Source of the DNA: Candidatus Saccharimonadota bacterium
GTDB taxonomy: Bacteria; Patescibacteriota; Saccharimonadia; Saccharimonadales; UBA4665
Direction of reading: 5' to 3'
DNA length: 32,000 nt
Assembly (NCBI GenBank): GCA_016699955.1
Contig: CP064993.1
Coordinates: forward strand, 210,001-242,000
Shown here one piece after another: positions 15,420 to 23,880 of this stretch (within the stretch, counting starts at the first letter, position 1; the number at the start of each line of letters is the position of its first letter). Both the position numbers and the translations under genes were made by a program. The notes under the pieces were generated by a model. That model had not been told where the DNA came from, did not search any database, and worked only from the letters and a program-made list of their open reading frames with translations.

Positions 15420-16396
15420 TTGCGTTTTGTGCCTTTTTTAACCGATTTGATTGTGGACTGCTCCAGTCCTGTCTCGTAGCGATGTTTCGCACGTTGATAC
15501 CCAAACCTGTACGTTACAATGAAGATAAAGTTAAAAAATATAAAGTAGGCTGCATAATACCAGCCCGCCCAATCCGTATTTGATTGAGGAAACGTGCGAA
15601 CACTACCACCTTTTGATTGATCCGGTGCATTACCCGTGTTGCTGACAACGGCGTAAATATATTCTGTGTAGCCACCCCTCGCATCTCTGACACGCAGATG
15701 GACCGGATAGGCCTTGGCTGTTCGATATGTATGTGTAAACTCATACATGCCCGCTAGGTTGATACTGTGTGACTCTGTCGTGCCATCCCCCCAGTTGAGA
15801 GCTAGCACGTAGGGGCTCTCGCCTCCGCCAATCACAACACGTATCGTCGCCTCAGTATTCGAGGAGGTAACGAAGCTGAAAGGATCCTGGGTAGTCACTG
15901 TTAGGCCACTTTCGCTCCCAGCGTTTGATGCCCCTGTTTGCTGCTCATTTGAACTCGGTTGATTGACAGAGGGAGGGAGCGGCTCCACCACAACGGCTTG
16001 GGTGAACGTAACGACCCTAGCAGCACTGTCTGGCCCAAACACACCATTGACGTTTGCCGTTCGCGCGATGAGAGTATTCTGGCCAGGACTTAGTGCAATC
16101 TGCAGACTGTATAATCCGGATGTGCAGCTTGTTGAACCTAGTATTTGTCCGTCACGCCAGACAGAGACTACTCCTGGTGGTGCGATGGATTCACATGTAC
16201 CACTTACTGTTTGCAGGGCATTTTGAAACGTCATACCGCCAGTGGGTGATGCGATAGTCGCTGCCTGTGAAGGTGCCGGGTAGGGCACCACCGCGTTGAC
16301 GTTATAATCTTCAGCAAAAACCCAGCGTGTAGAAACCGCGCCAATCATCACGACGAGCAATAGGACAAGAGCAAGATAGTGTCGTCTGTATCTCAT
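15416..16396 (-). CDS. exported protein with an Ig-like region, a PKD-like motif and a C-terminal TM anchor
   Basis: Signal peptide (LALVLLLVVMIGAVSTRWVFA). PKD-like signature: NWGDGTTESH...HTYRTAKAYPVHLRVRDARGGY. C-terminal TM helix (WAGWYYAAYFIFFNFIFIVTY) followed by a basic tail. Confidence 0.75.
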   Translation of the reverse strand: MRYRRHYLALVLLLVVMIGAVSTRWVFAEDYNVNAVVPYPAPSQAATIASPTGGMTFQNALQTVSGTCESIAPPGVVSVWRDGQILGSTSCTSGLYSLQIALSPGQNTLIARTANVNGVFGPDSAARVVTFTQAVVVEPLPPSVNQPSSNEQQTGASNAGSESGLTVTTQDPFSFVTSSNTEATIRVVIGGGESPYVLALNWGDGTTESHSINLAGMYEFTHTYRTAKAYPVHLRVRDARGGYTEYIYAVVSNTGNAPDQSKGGSVRTFPQSNTDWAGWYYAAYFIFFNFIFIVTYRFGYQRAKHRYETGLEQSTIKSVKKGTKRK

Positions 16397-16531
16397 AGTG
16401 TTTCTGTTATACCCTCAGTATAGCAGCGTTTTCGCTATGAATCGTCGAGATTTACAAGGGCTGAATCACCGAGCCTCGTTTTGAAGAAGATACTTCCAGC
16501 CAGGTCGCCCGTTGCGCTAGTGCAGCTACGA

Positions 16532-18046
16532 CTACTTCGCAAATTCGATAGCGCGGGTTTCGCGAATGACATTTACCTTGATAGTACCGGGGTAGTTCAT
16601 ACTACTTTCTATCTTTGTGGCAATGTCGCGGGCAAGGCGAATGGCCGTGAGGTCATCGATCTGCTGTGGTTTTACAAAAACACGGACTTCGCGACCAGCA
16701 CTAATAGCGTAAGACTTCTCAATACCATTAAAGCCGTTTGCTATGTTTTCAAGCTCTTTCATACGCTCAGCGAAGTTTTCGGATGAGATGTTTCGAGCGC
16801 CAGGGCGGGCGGCAGAAACAGCGTCACAGACACGCACAATCACAGCTTCTAGGCTGGTTGCTTCCATGTCGTCGTGGTGCTGCTCGGCAGCGAGCGCGAC
16901 CGCTTCTGGGGCACCATATTTGCGCAACATTTCACCGCTAATATGGTGGTGCTTGCCTTCCATTTTATGAGTCAGCGCTTTGCCTAGGTCGTGGAATAAC
17001 GTTGCGTATTTGGTTATTGCCACGTTTGCGCCGAGTTCTTCGGCAAGCATACCAGCCATGTGAGCCATTTCAGTTGAGTGTTTTAAGACATTTTGCCCAT
17101 AGCTAGTGCGGAATCTTAATTCACCTAACATATGCAGCAGTTCTTTAGGAACGCCAAGTACACCAACTTCACGAGCAGCATCTTCGCCCGCACGTAGCAC
17201 ATCTTTTTCGACATTCTTTTGAGCTTTTTCGACGACTTCTTCTATGCGACCTGGGTGAACGCGGCCATCCTTAAGCAAAAGTTCGAGCGCTTGTCGGGCA
17301 ACTTCACGACGAACTGGGTCAAAACAGCTCAGCACAATATAACCTGGTGTATCGTCGACCATAATATCGACGCCGGTTGCCTTTTGGAGCGCTTGAATAT
17401 TGCGCCCTTCCTTGCCGATAATCCGGCCTTTCATTTCCTCGTCTTCTAGTTTCACGCTCGTAAGGGTTCGCTCTGCTGTCACTTCACTGGCCATACGCTC
17501 CATGGCGGTAACTATAATCAGCCCAGCGGCATCTTCAGCATTATCTCGAGCTTCATTTTGGAGTTTTGCAACAAGTCCGAGCAAGTCATTCTTTATGTCT
17601 TTCTCAGTCATTTGCATGAGCTTTTCAGCCGCATCTGCCTTGGTAAGCTTGGCGATTTTCTCAAGCTTTTCTTGCTGCTTTAGGCGGATGTCCCGAATTT
17701 CATTTTTAAGCGCTTCTACTTCATCTTCACCCGTACGAAGTTTCTCATTCCGCTTATCGAGCTCGTCGAGCTTTTTATCGAGAGTGGTTTCACGTTGTAC
17801 AAGTCGGAGTTCAAGTTCTTTCAGTTCATTTCGACGAGTTTGTTCTTCTTTACGCGCTTCGTCGGCTACCTTACGAGCGTCTTCCCGGGCTTCATCGATA
17901 AGCTTATCCGCTTCTTTTTTTGCTTTTGACAGTTCCCTTGAGGCCTTGTCATCAGCCGCAGCTGATTTTTTTTTGCTGACATATGTGCTGCCTGAATAGC
18001 CAAGGCCAAGCCCTGCTACCACGAGCAAAATAGTAATTGGATCCAT
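16532..18046 (-). CDS. rny: ribonuclease Y
   Basis: N-terminal TM helix, then a long Lys/Glu coiled-coil region. KH motif: IGKEGRNIQALQKATGVDIMVDDTP. HD domain: TLFHDLGK...HHDD. 504 aa. Confidence 0.95.
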   Translation of the reverse strand: MDPITILLVVAGLGLGYSGSTYVSKKKSAAADDKASRELSKAKKEADKLIDEAREDARKVADEARKEEQTRRNELKELELRLVQRETTLDKKLDELDKRNEKLRTGEDEVEALKNEIRDIRLKQQEKLEKIAKLTKADAAEKLMQMTEKDIKNDLLGLVAKLQNEARDNAEDAAGLIIVTAMERMASEVTAERTLTSVKLEDEEMKGRIIGKEGRNIQALQKATGVDIMVDDTPGYIVLSCFDPVRREVARQALELLLKDGRVHPGRIEEVVEKAQKNVEKDVLRAGEDAAREVGVLGVPKELLHMLGELRFRTSYGQNVLKHSTEMAHMAGMLAEELGANVAITKYATLFHDLGKALTHKMEGKHHHISGEMLRKYGAPEAVALAAEQHHDDMEATSLEAVIVRVCDAVSAARPGARNISSENFAERMKELENIANGFNGIEKSYAISAGREVRVFVKPQQIDDLTAIRLARDIATKIESSMNYPGTIKVNVIRETRAIEFAK

Positions 18047-18184
18047 ACTTTCCCTTTCGTTCTGCTGGGTAAATCGGTAGCAATCGCTTTCACTTCTCTA
18101 GCTACGCAGTATTAACCCACCAAATTTCAACATAAATTAACAATAAGTTGGCAGTTCTAAGAAACTCCAGAATGCCTGCTTACT

Positions 18185-18214
18185 ATAATACGCGCTTCTC
18201 CAAGACAGCGTCAA
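18185..18214 (-). promoter_or_regulatory. sigma70-like promoter for rny (TTGACG-18-TATTAT on the minus strand)
   Basis: Plus-strand CGTCAA at 18209-18214 (-35) and ATAATA at 18185-18190 (-10) with an 18-nt spacer. This implies a 5' leader of about 130 nt before the rny ATG at 18046. Confidence 0.45.
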
Positions 18215-18247
18215 TGTTTGCCTAACAATCCACGCAGACTTGCTCTG

Positions 18248-18640
18248 TCACTTTTTCTGCGGGGTGATGTGGACTGGCGCACCGTAGAAAGGTAGGGCAA
18301 TGCGGTCATTTTCACCCCGGATGAGTTTTTTTACCCCTGTTTCTATCCACTTGGGATTTTGAGAGGCAATGATGGGAATATTTAGCGATTGCGCAAGGGC
18401 ATTCGCGGTAGTTAACCCAATCCGTAGCCCCGTAAAACTACCCGGTCCCTCAAAAACAACCAAACCCTGTATGTCATGCCAGCTTTTGTCATAGCCCTCC
18501 AGCAACTGTTTGATTTTTGTATGGATTGTTTCAGCTAACTCACGGTGCGCTTGCCATGACTCGTAGCCTAGCTGTGTTTCACCGTCATATAGCCCTATCT
18601 CCGCCTCAGGCTTATCGGTACGCAACGTTAGTATAGTCAC
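18248..18640 (-). CDS. tsaB: TsaB (YeaZ)-like protein, short form (about 130 aa, N-terminal half only)
   Basis: Motifs: ILTLRTDKPEAEIGLY, GLVVFEGPGSFTGLRIGLTTANALA. Start placed at the GTG at 18640, which overlaps the tsaE TGA stop (GTGA). The track's upstream extension to 18688 lies inside tsaE. Confidence 0.75.
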   Translation of the reverse strand: MTILTLRTDKPEAEIGLYDGETQLGYESWQAHRELAETIHTKIKQLLEGYDKSWHDIQGLVVFEGPGSFTGLRIGLTTANALAQSLNIPIIASQNPKWIETGVKKLIRGENDRIALPFYGAPVHITPQKK

Positions 18641-19116
18641 TGGGTATCTCCTGCAAAGATGTACTTGAGAGCTGACGGGTATTGGCACGTAATATTACGG
18701 CCCTCATGAGGACTATGATGAATGTTAATTACAATGTGATTAGGTGGTAACACTGCCTGAACTATATCACCCCACTCGACTACTACAACAAAATTTGAGT
18801 CACCCATAAACTCACGAAGCTCATCTGCAATAATGCCCGGTTCCGTTAGACGGTAAAAGTCAAAATGAACTATGGTAAATTTCGGTGCTGTATACTCGCG
18901 GCTAATGGTAAACGTTGGGCTCGATACATGGTCGCTGCTGCCTGCCCCTCGCACCAGACCGCGCGTAAAAGTAGTCTTCCCGCCACCGAGGTCACTAACG
19001 AGCTCGATCACTTCGCCCCCCTTGAGCACTGCGCCCATACGTTCGCCAAGCGCCTCAGTGTCGGCGGAGCTTGCGGACTGCGTTTGCCAGGTCTTTTCGG
19101 TAGACATATGCTCCAT
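18637..19116 (-). CDS. tsaE: tRNA t6A biosynthesis ATPase TsaE (YjeE)
   Basis: Walker A-like SDLGGGKTTFTRGL, then SPTFTISREY and HFDFYRL motifs. 156-159 aa; an alternative start is the ATG at 19107. Confidence 0.85.
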   Translation of the reverse strand: MEHMSTEKTWQTQSASSADTEALGERMGAVLKGGEVIELVSDLGGGKTTFTRGLVRGAGSSDHVSSPTFTISREYTAPKFTIVHFDFYRLTEPGIIADELREFMGDSNFVVVVEWGDIVQAVLPPNHIVINIHHSPHEGRNITCQYPSALKYIFAGDTQ

Positions 19117-19525
19117 ATCCTACCGCGCAAGCCCCCACTAGAGCAAGGACACCTGGGTGAACGGTGGTTGGGCGAAGGACAAAACTCGCTTGTTTGACTG
19201 GTGTGGTAGCTGCTACTTTTGGCTTGGCGGTCGATGATTTTACCGTCTTAGTCGACGCCGCTTTTACCTTGGTGGTTCTTGCTGCCGCAGCTTTTGTTAC
19301 CTTTAAAGCCGTTGCCGGAAGTTTTATCGGCTGGGCGATAACATTGGTTGCCGCCGGAGTTGGTTTGGTAGCCCAGTACCACGTCCCGTTCGCGAGCGCC
19401 CAAGCCTGGCCATCCGGCGCAGTGTCATATGGGTCAGACTGTGCAACAACAGTGCCCGCGCCGTCGAGCAGCGTTGCCTGCCCGCTGGTATTGCTCATGC
19501 TCAAACTTGTCTGGCTGGCATACAA
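19055..19525 (-). CDS. ORF encoding only the C-terminal part of a lamin-tail-like domain, a Lys/Thr/Ala linker and a C-terminal TM helix; possibly a 5'-truncated remnant
   Basis: LSMSNTSGQATLLDGAGTVVAQSDPYDTAPDGQAWALANGTWYWATKPTPAATN matches the last third of the LTD pattern as I remember it. There is no signal peptide. The frame is closed by a TAA at 19562-19564, and the only start candidates are the TTG at 19525 or an internal ATG. The ORF overlaps the tsaE start by about 50-60 nt. Confidence 0.4.
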   Translation of the reverse strand: MYASQTSLSMSNTSGQATLLDGAGTVVAQSDPYDTAPDGQAWALANGTWYWATKPTPAATNVIAQPIKLPATALKVTKAAAARTTKVKAASTKTVKSSTAKPKVAATTPVKQASFVLRPTTVHPGVLALVGACAVGYGAYVYRKDLANAVRKLRRH

Positions 19526-19680
19526 TACACGAAAACTCTTCGGCGCAAAAATGTTTCTTATTTACAACATTAGTTCTATCCCTTCTACGAATCGTTACAA
19601 TTCAATCGTCTACTGTTTCTTACGATTGCGGAATTACTAAACTATTATGCTTACTTGTGTCGAGCAGTATAATAGAGAGC

Positions 19681-20196
19681 ATGCTGAAACTGAGCGAAAG
19701 CCTTATAGGTCAACCCGTCATGAGCCTGCGTACAGGGCAACCAGTTGCCCGTATAACTACGGCAATTTATAACCCAAATAACCTGAAAATAGAGGGCTTT
19801 TATTGCCAGGACAAATTTAGCCGCAAAGAGTTGGTGCTTTTGTATCAAGATGTCCGCGATGTCATACCCCAAGGAGTTGTAATCAACGATCATGACGTCC
19901 TCGTGGAAGCACACGAGCTAGTGCGTCTCAAAAAAATTATGGATATTGGGTTTGAACTAATAGGCAAACAGGTGGTAACACTTAGCAAGCAGCGACTCGG
20001 TAAAGTGACCGATTTTTCAACCGAGGTTGAGACAATGTACATTCAAAAAATATATGTTTCTCGGGGAATTTTAAAAGGTCTAACTCGGGGCAATTTGGCC
20101 ATCGACCGCTCGCAAATAAACGAAATTACTGATAAAAAAATCATCGTGAATGACCTCCTCGACTCTGCCGCTGTACCAGCTGGCGCTGCTGCTTAG
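19681..20196 (+). CDS. PRC-barrel domain protein (two PRC-like halves)
   Basis: Start placed at the ATG at 19681 (MLKLSESLIGQPVMSLRTGQPVARITTAIYNPNNLKIEGFYC...). A second half reads ELIGKQVVTLSKQRLGKVTDFSTEVETMYIQKIYV. The track's N-terminal extension from 19429 overlaps the divergent gene and the promoter region. Confidence 0.7.
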   Translation: MLKLSESLIGQPVMSLRTGQPVARITTAIYNPNNLKIEGFYCQDKFSRKELVLLYQDVRDVIPQGVVINDHDVLVEAHELVRLKKIMDIGFELIGKQVVTLSKQRLGKVTDFSTEVETMYIQKIYVSRGILKGLTRGNLAIDRSQINEITDKKIIVNDLLDSAAVPAGAAA

Positions 20197-20795
20197 TCGA
20201 TGCCCTGCAATGCCGACTTTATATCTTGGTAGTTGAAACCCTGGCGGGCGAGGTACATCATGAGTTTTTGGTCATCTTGATAGCGACTAATCTTACGCTT
20301 TTTCTCAACCAAGCTGCGGAGAATTTGACGTTCGTCAGTTTCGTCATCATCTAATACTTGTTTAACAATGTCGCTGCTAACTTTCTTTTGGCTCAACTCA
20401 AGACGAAGCTTTTTGGTGCTTGTCGCTTTTAGGAGACGGCGGTTTTCAACCCAGCGACGCGCAAATTCGGCGTCGTCCACTAAACCCAGCCGCTTCAACT
20501 TTGGGAGCACAGTCCTCCCAAACTCGTCGTCATAGCCTTTCCGACGGAAATAGTCACGCAGTTCTCCCTCACTGCGCATACGCCGCGCCACGTATGCGAG
20601 CGTGAGAACATAGGCTTTATCCACCTGGGATTGTCGTTTTGCCTCTATCAACTCGGTCTGGGATAGTTCTTGTCCTGTCACATACCCTGCGCTCAGCAGC
20701 GCTTCAGAGCTCAAACTAAACGCATACTTTCCGTCGACAAAGATGGAGTATCTCCCTTCGCGTTTCACCTGAGCTTTGATGGCTGTTACTATCAT
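20193..20795 (-). CDS. recX: recombination regulator RecX
   Basis: A 200-aa helical-repeat protein with typical RecX strings (AYVLTLAYVARRMRSEGELRDYFRRKGY, LGLVDDAEFARRWVENR, MMYLARQGFNYQDIKSAL). Its stop overlaps the stop of the convergent PRC-barrel gene. Confidence 0.85.
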   Translation of the reverse strand: MIVTAIKAQVKREGRYSIFVDGKYAFSLSSEALLSAGYVTGQELSQTELIEAKRQSQVDKAYVLTLAYVARRMRSEGELRDYFRRKGYDDEFGRTVLPKLKRLGLVDDAEFARRWVENRRLLKATSTKKLRLELSQKKVSSDIVKQVLDDDETDERQILRSLVEKKRKISRYQDDQKLMMYLARQGFNYQDIKSALQGID

Positions 20796-21304
20796 GGCTT
20801 GTACATAATTTCGTAAACTTCAATCAACCCATCGGCGACTTCGGTTGTATGATTTTCCACAAGATCACGCAGCTCCAACGCGCTTATCCACCTGACATCG
20901 GCGACCTCATCAACCTGCAATTTCAGAGTTGTTTCGGCCAGTATAACTGATCTGTACAGTGTGTTGAAACGATTCAGCTTGTACCAACCTGCCTCGCGGT
21001 ACGACGGGTAGTATTGTACTTGCTCTAGTTTCGCCACAACGCCTAGTTCTTCGTACAGCTCCCGCTCGGCCGCCACTTGGTAGTCTTCCCCGCAAACAAC
21101 GTGGCCGGAAGCAGAATTGTCCCAACATCCTGGGTAAAGTTCCTTGTTAGCTTGACGTTTTTGTATCAGTATCATGCCAGACGGGTCTTCCAATACAACC
21201 CGGACAATCCGGTGGCGTAATCCCTCTTGTTGCGCTTCGCTCTTTGATGCCCGCCCGATAACAACGTCATTGTCATCGACAATGTCAATGTCATGCTCAC
21301 TCAC
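20792..21304 (-). CDS. Nudix hydrolase
   Basis: Nudix box: GHVVCGEDYQVAAERELYEELGV. 170 aa. A 4-nt overlap joins it to recX. Confidence 0.85.
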   Translation of the reverse strand: MSEHDIDIVDDNDVVIGRASKSEAQQEGLRHRIVRVVLEDPSGMILIQKRQANKELYPGCWDNSASGHVVCGEDYQVAAERELYEELGVVAKLEQVQYYPSYREAGWYKLNRFNTLYRSVILAETTLKLQVDEVADVRWISALELRDLVENHTTEVADGLIEVYEIMYKP

Positions 21305-21884
21305 GCGGCACTCCTTTATCCAATAGATCTATAAGTAACGGAAAAATGCTATACTCGTGGCTCTTCTCTAGGTTAAAATGTCCTTGACCAGGAATGACGG
21401 TGAGTGCGGCACCAAGTTTACCGGCAATATACTCGGCCTGTTTCAGCGGTACATATGGGTCGTCGTCGGAGTGCACAATAACAATCTGATTTTCAACTTT
21501 TTCCGTAATTTTCGGCCAATTATATGGCACGTCGAATAGTTTAGCATTGGCTTCCCAGTCAGTTGCAACGCTTTTACCGCATTCGTTTGTGAAAACAGAT
21601 ACGCATACGACTGATTTTAACTTGGTTGGGTTTTCCTGAGCAATCAGAAGCGCAAGGCTTGCCCCCGACGAGTGACCGATGAGTACCGTGTCTTCTGCTA
21701 GCGGAAATGGCGCGTTTTCATGAACAAAATCAAGCCACTTTCTCAGGCTCGGATGTTCGGAGTTTGGTAACTGTGGTAGCCAGACATCGTAAGCTTTGCG
21801 CTTGAGCTGAGTTTCAAGCCACCGGAACCAATTCCCCTCAGTATAACCCTCAGTGCCATGCAAAATTACTGCTTTTCTCGTCAC
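21297..21884 (-). CDS. alpha/beta serine hydrolase (YdeN/RBBP9-like)
   Basis: VILHGTEGYTEGNWFRWL, nucleophile elbow GHSSGA, and VHSDDDPYVP...GHFN. GTG start at 21884 with an AGGTGA Shine-Dalgarno. Confidence 0.75.
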   Translation of the reverse strand: MTRKAVILHGTEGYTEGNWFRWLETQLKRKAYDVWLPQLPNSEHPSLRKWLDFVHENAPFPLAEDTVLIGHSSGASLALLIAQENPTKLKSVVCVSVFTNECGKSVATDWEANAKLFDVPYNWPKITEKVENQIVIVHSDDDPYVPLKQAEYIAGKLGAALTVIPGQGHFNLEKSHEYSIFPLLIDLLDKGVPRE

Positions 21885-22057
21885 TATTTCTCACCTAACC
21901 AGCTAAGCTCAATCTTTATTGTAAGCTTAGCCGCGACCGTAACTGCTTGATTTATACCATTTTCTGTTAATGAGGAATCACTTCCTCCACCGGCGAAAAC
22001 GCGTGCGCCATTTGCTTCGCTCTGACCGTGACGTACATAAAAAACATTCGCCATGGA

Positions 22058-23095
22058 CTACTCTTTAGTGGCAGCTTCGCGGACTTTTGTAGCTATTTCG
22101 GCTTGAACTTTGGGGTTTTCCTGCAAGTATGTCTTGGCGGCTTCGCGGCCTTGGCCGATTTTTTCGCCGTTGTAGGCAAACCACGCGCCGGCTTTTTCAA
22201 CAATGTTGTGTGTAGTAGCAAGGTCAAGGATGTCGCCTGCAACCGAAATACCCTGGTTGTACATAATGTCAAATTCGGCTTCGCGGAACGGCGGGGCGAT
22301 TTTATTTTTAACAACTTTCACGCGGGCACGGTTGCCGATGACGCTATCGCCTGTTTTTATTTGGGATATGCGGCGGATGTCCATGCGCACACTGGCATAA
22401 AATTTGAGTGCATTGCCTCCGGTAGTCGTTTCTGGGTTACCGAACATCACGCCAATCTTCATGCGAATTTGGTTAATAAAGATGACTGTTGTCTTGCTGC
22501 GACTAATGACGCCTGTAAGTTTGCGGAGCGCCTGACTCATCAAACGAGCCTGGAGACCCATATGGCTATCACCCATGTCGCCTTCAATTTCAGCGCGTGG
22601 TACTAGCGCCGCAACCGAATCAACGACAATCAGATCGACAGCGTTGGAACGAACGAGTGTCTCGGTGATCTCAAGTGCTTGCTCGCCGTTATCTGGCTGG
22701 CTGAGAAGAAGATTTTCAATATCTACACCAATGCGTTTCGCGTAAGATGGGTCAAGCGCGTGCTCAGCGTCAATGAAGGCCGCTGTGCCACCACGTTTTT
22801 GGACCTCGGCTATAGCATGAAGTGTTAGCGTAGTCTTACCGCTTGATTCAGGACCGTAGACCTCAACTATGCGACCTTTTGGTATACCGCCGCCCAGTGC
22901 CAAGTCGAGCGAAAGACTGCCACTTGGCGTACACTCTACTTCAACACCATGATTTTCGCCCAGCTTCATAATCGAGCCTTTGCCGAACTGCTTCTCAATG
23001 GTCTCTAGAGCAAGCCCAAGTGCCTTTGCCTTACCCTCTCCCTGTTGTTTTGCCTCTTTTGTATTGTCGACCTTGTCGCTTGCTGCTTTTGCCAT
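22058..23095 (-). CDS. recA: recombinase RecA
   Basis: [10 protein letters not shown], Walker [23 protein letters not shown], and the L2 region [30 protein letters not shown]. Start placed at the ATG at 23095 (AGGAAGGA Shine-Dalgarno); the track start is a GTG at 23122. Confidence 0.95.
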   Translation of the reverse strand: MAKAASDKVDNTKEAKQQGEGKAKALGLALETIEKQFGKGSIMKLGENHGVEVECTPSGSLSLDLALGGGIPKGRIVEVYGPESSGKTTLTLHAIAEVQKRGGTAAFIDAEHALDPSYAKRIGVDIENLLLSQPDNGEQALEITETLVRSNAVDLIVVDSVAALVPRAEIEGDMGDSHMGLQARLMSQALRKLTGVISRSKTTVIFINQIRMKIGVMFGNPETTTGGNALKFYASVRMDIRRISQIKTGDSVIGNRARVKVVKNKIAPPFREAEFDIMYNQGISVAGDILDLATTHNIVEKAGAWFAYNGEKIGQGREAAKTYLQENPKVQAEIATKVREAATKE

Positions 23096-23205
23096 TCCGT
23101 CGTCCTTCCTGTCTACAGTCACCTCGCCGGCAACCTGAAATAAATAATGTTGTACGACAGAGCCTACACCCCCCGCATTCCAAAAGCAAACTCATTTCCA
23201 TTACA

Positions 23206-23221
23206 GGAGGACAGTCCTCCC
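23206..23221. repeat. palindrome GGAGGAC-A-GTCCTCC(C) immediately downstream of the Y1 transposase gene
   Basis: Perfect 7-bp arms. The core GGAGGACAGTCCTCCC is the exact reverse complement of 23884..23899. Confidence 0.8.
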
Positions 23222-23235
23222 TAAGTGGTTTCTAC

Positions 23236-23853
23236 TCACCAACCGTTCGCAAGCTCCTTCTTAAGAATGTCTATCATCTTCTTGTTTTCTTCATAGTCCG
23301 CCATGAAATCGAGATATTCTTGCGAGCCGGGGAAAAGCTCAAGTATGCGTTCCTGGCGTAGCCATGTCTCTTGGGCTCGTTGCAAATAATACGGCAAACT
23401 TGAGTATGCGTAGTCTCGCCATTGGCGAGGATTTAGGTGAATATACCTTGTAATATGCATGAGATACGTATCGTCCGAAATCATAGTGGCTCGAAACCTC
23501 GACTCAAACAGGGAACCACTTCGGCCGTACTTCTTATTAAAGTAACGGCTATAACTTGTCATGATGCTCTGCATGAGACTTGTAAGCATTTTTGCATGCC
23601 TTTGATACACAAGCAGATGAAAGTGATTTGGCATAAGGCAATACGCTAACAAATCGACTTTATTGTAGAAATTTGGGTACGAAATACCATACGGGTCTTT
23701 CGCTTCTTCGGGAGATAAATAACGGGCAAAAAGGTTAAGAAAAGTTAGATAATCTTGCTCGTCGAGGTATATGCGGTGTCGACTATTACCGCGCGCATAT
23801 ACGTGATAATAGTTTTCAGAAGCGTCCACCCTAGTGGTATTTCTCCTTGGCAT
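23236..23853 (-). CDS. Y1 HUH tyrosine transposase, REP-associated (RAYT) / IS200-like family
   Basis: YYHVYARGNSRHRIYLDEQDY, the HUH motif in AYCLMPNHFHLLVY, YSRYFNKKYGRSGSLFESRF, and the catalytic-Tyr region ITRYIHLNP. 205 aa. Confidence 0.8.
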   Translation of the reverse strand: MPRRNTTRVDASENYYHVYARGNSRHRIYLDEQDYLTFLNLFARYLSPEEAKDPYGISYPNFYNKVDLLAYCLMPNHFHLLVYQRHAKMLTSLMQSIMTSYSRYFNKKYGRSGSLFESRFRATMISDDTYLMHITRYIHLNPRQWRDYAYSSLPYYLQRAQETWLRQERILELFPGSQEYLDFMADYEENKKMIDILKKELANGW

Positions 23854-23880
23854 AGTGTTACTATATCATATCCATATAGC

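Noticed and set aside
17966-17974. T9 (A9 on the coding strand) homopolymer inside the 5' part of rny, plus other 7-nt runs (694-700, 28868-28874)
   Set aside because: All are in frame and encode Lys-Lys(-Lys). I see no evidence of phase variation, and rny is a core gene. I note them only as possible sequencing-error hot spots.
17400-17999. 199-aa Ser-rich plus-strand ORF, along with other plus-strand ORFs at 16481-17449
   Set aside because: They are entirely antisense to the well-supported rny gene. The low-complexity Ser/Phe composition mirrors the Lys/Glu/Ala-rich coiled coil of RNase Y.
19429-19680. N-terminal extensions offered by the ORF track (19429 for the PRC-barrel gene; also 23910 pilB, 25838 pilC, 30332 minor pilin, 18688 tsaB, 13571, 11393 and 23122 recA)
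   Set aside because: The extensions overlap neighbouring genes or promoter regions and add non-homologous residues before canonical N-termini. In each case an internal start has a better Shine-Dalgarno or promoter context.
21902-21987. Hairpins in the recA-hydrolase spacer (GCTAAGCT...AGCTTAGC at 21902-21931; GAGGAA-TCAC-TTCCTC at 21972-21987)
   Set aside because: The stems are perfect but short, and neither strand has a following U-run. I cannot tell a terminator from a processing site or chance, so I did not call them as features.
22028-22606. 192-aa plus-strand ORF, along with smaller ORFs inside 22058-23122
   Set aside because: They are antisense shadows of recA. They have no motif and no start context.
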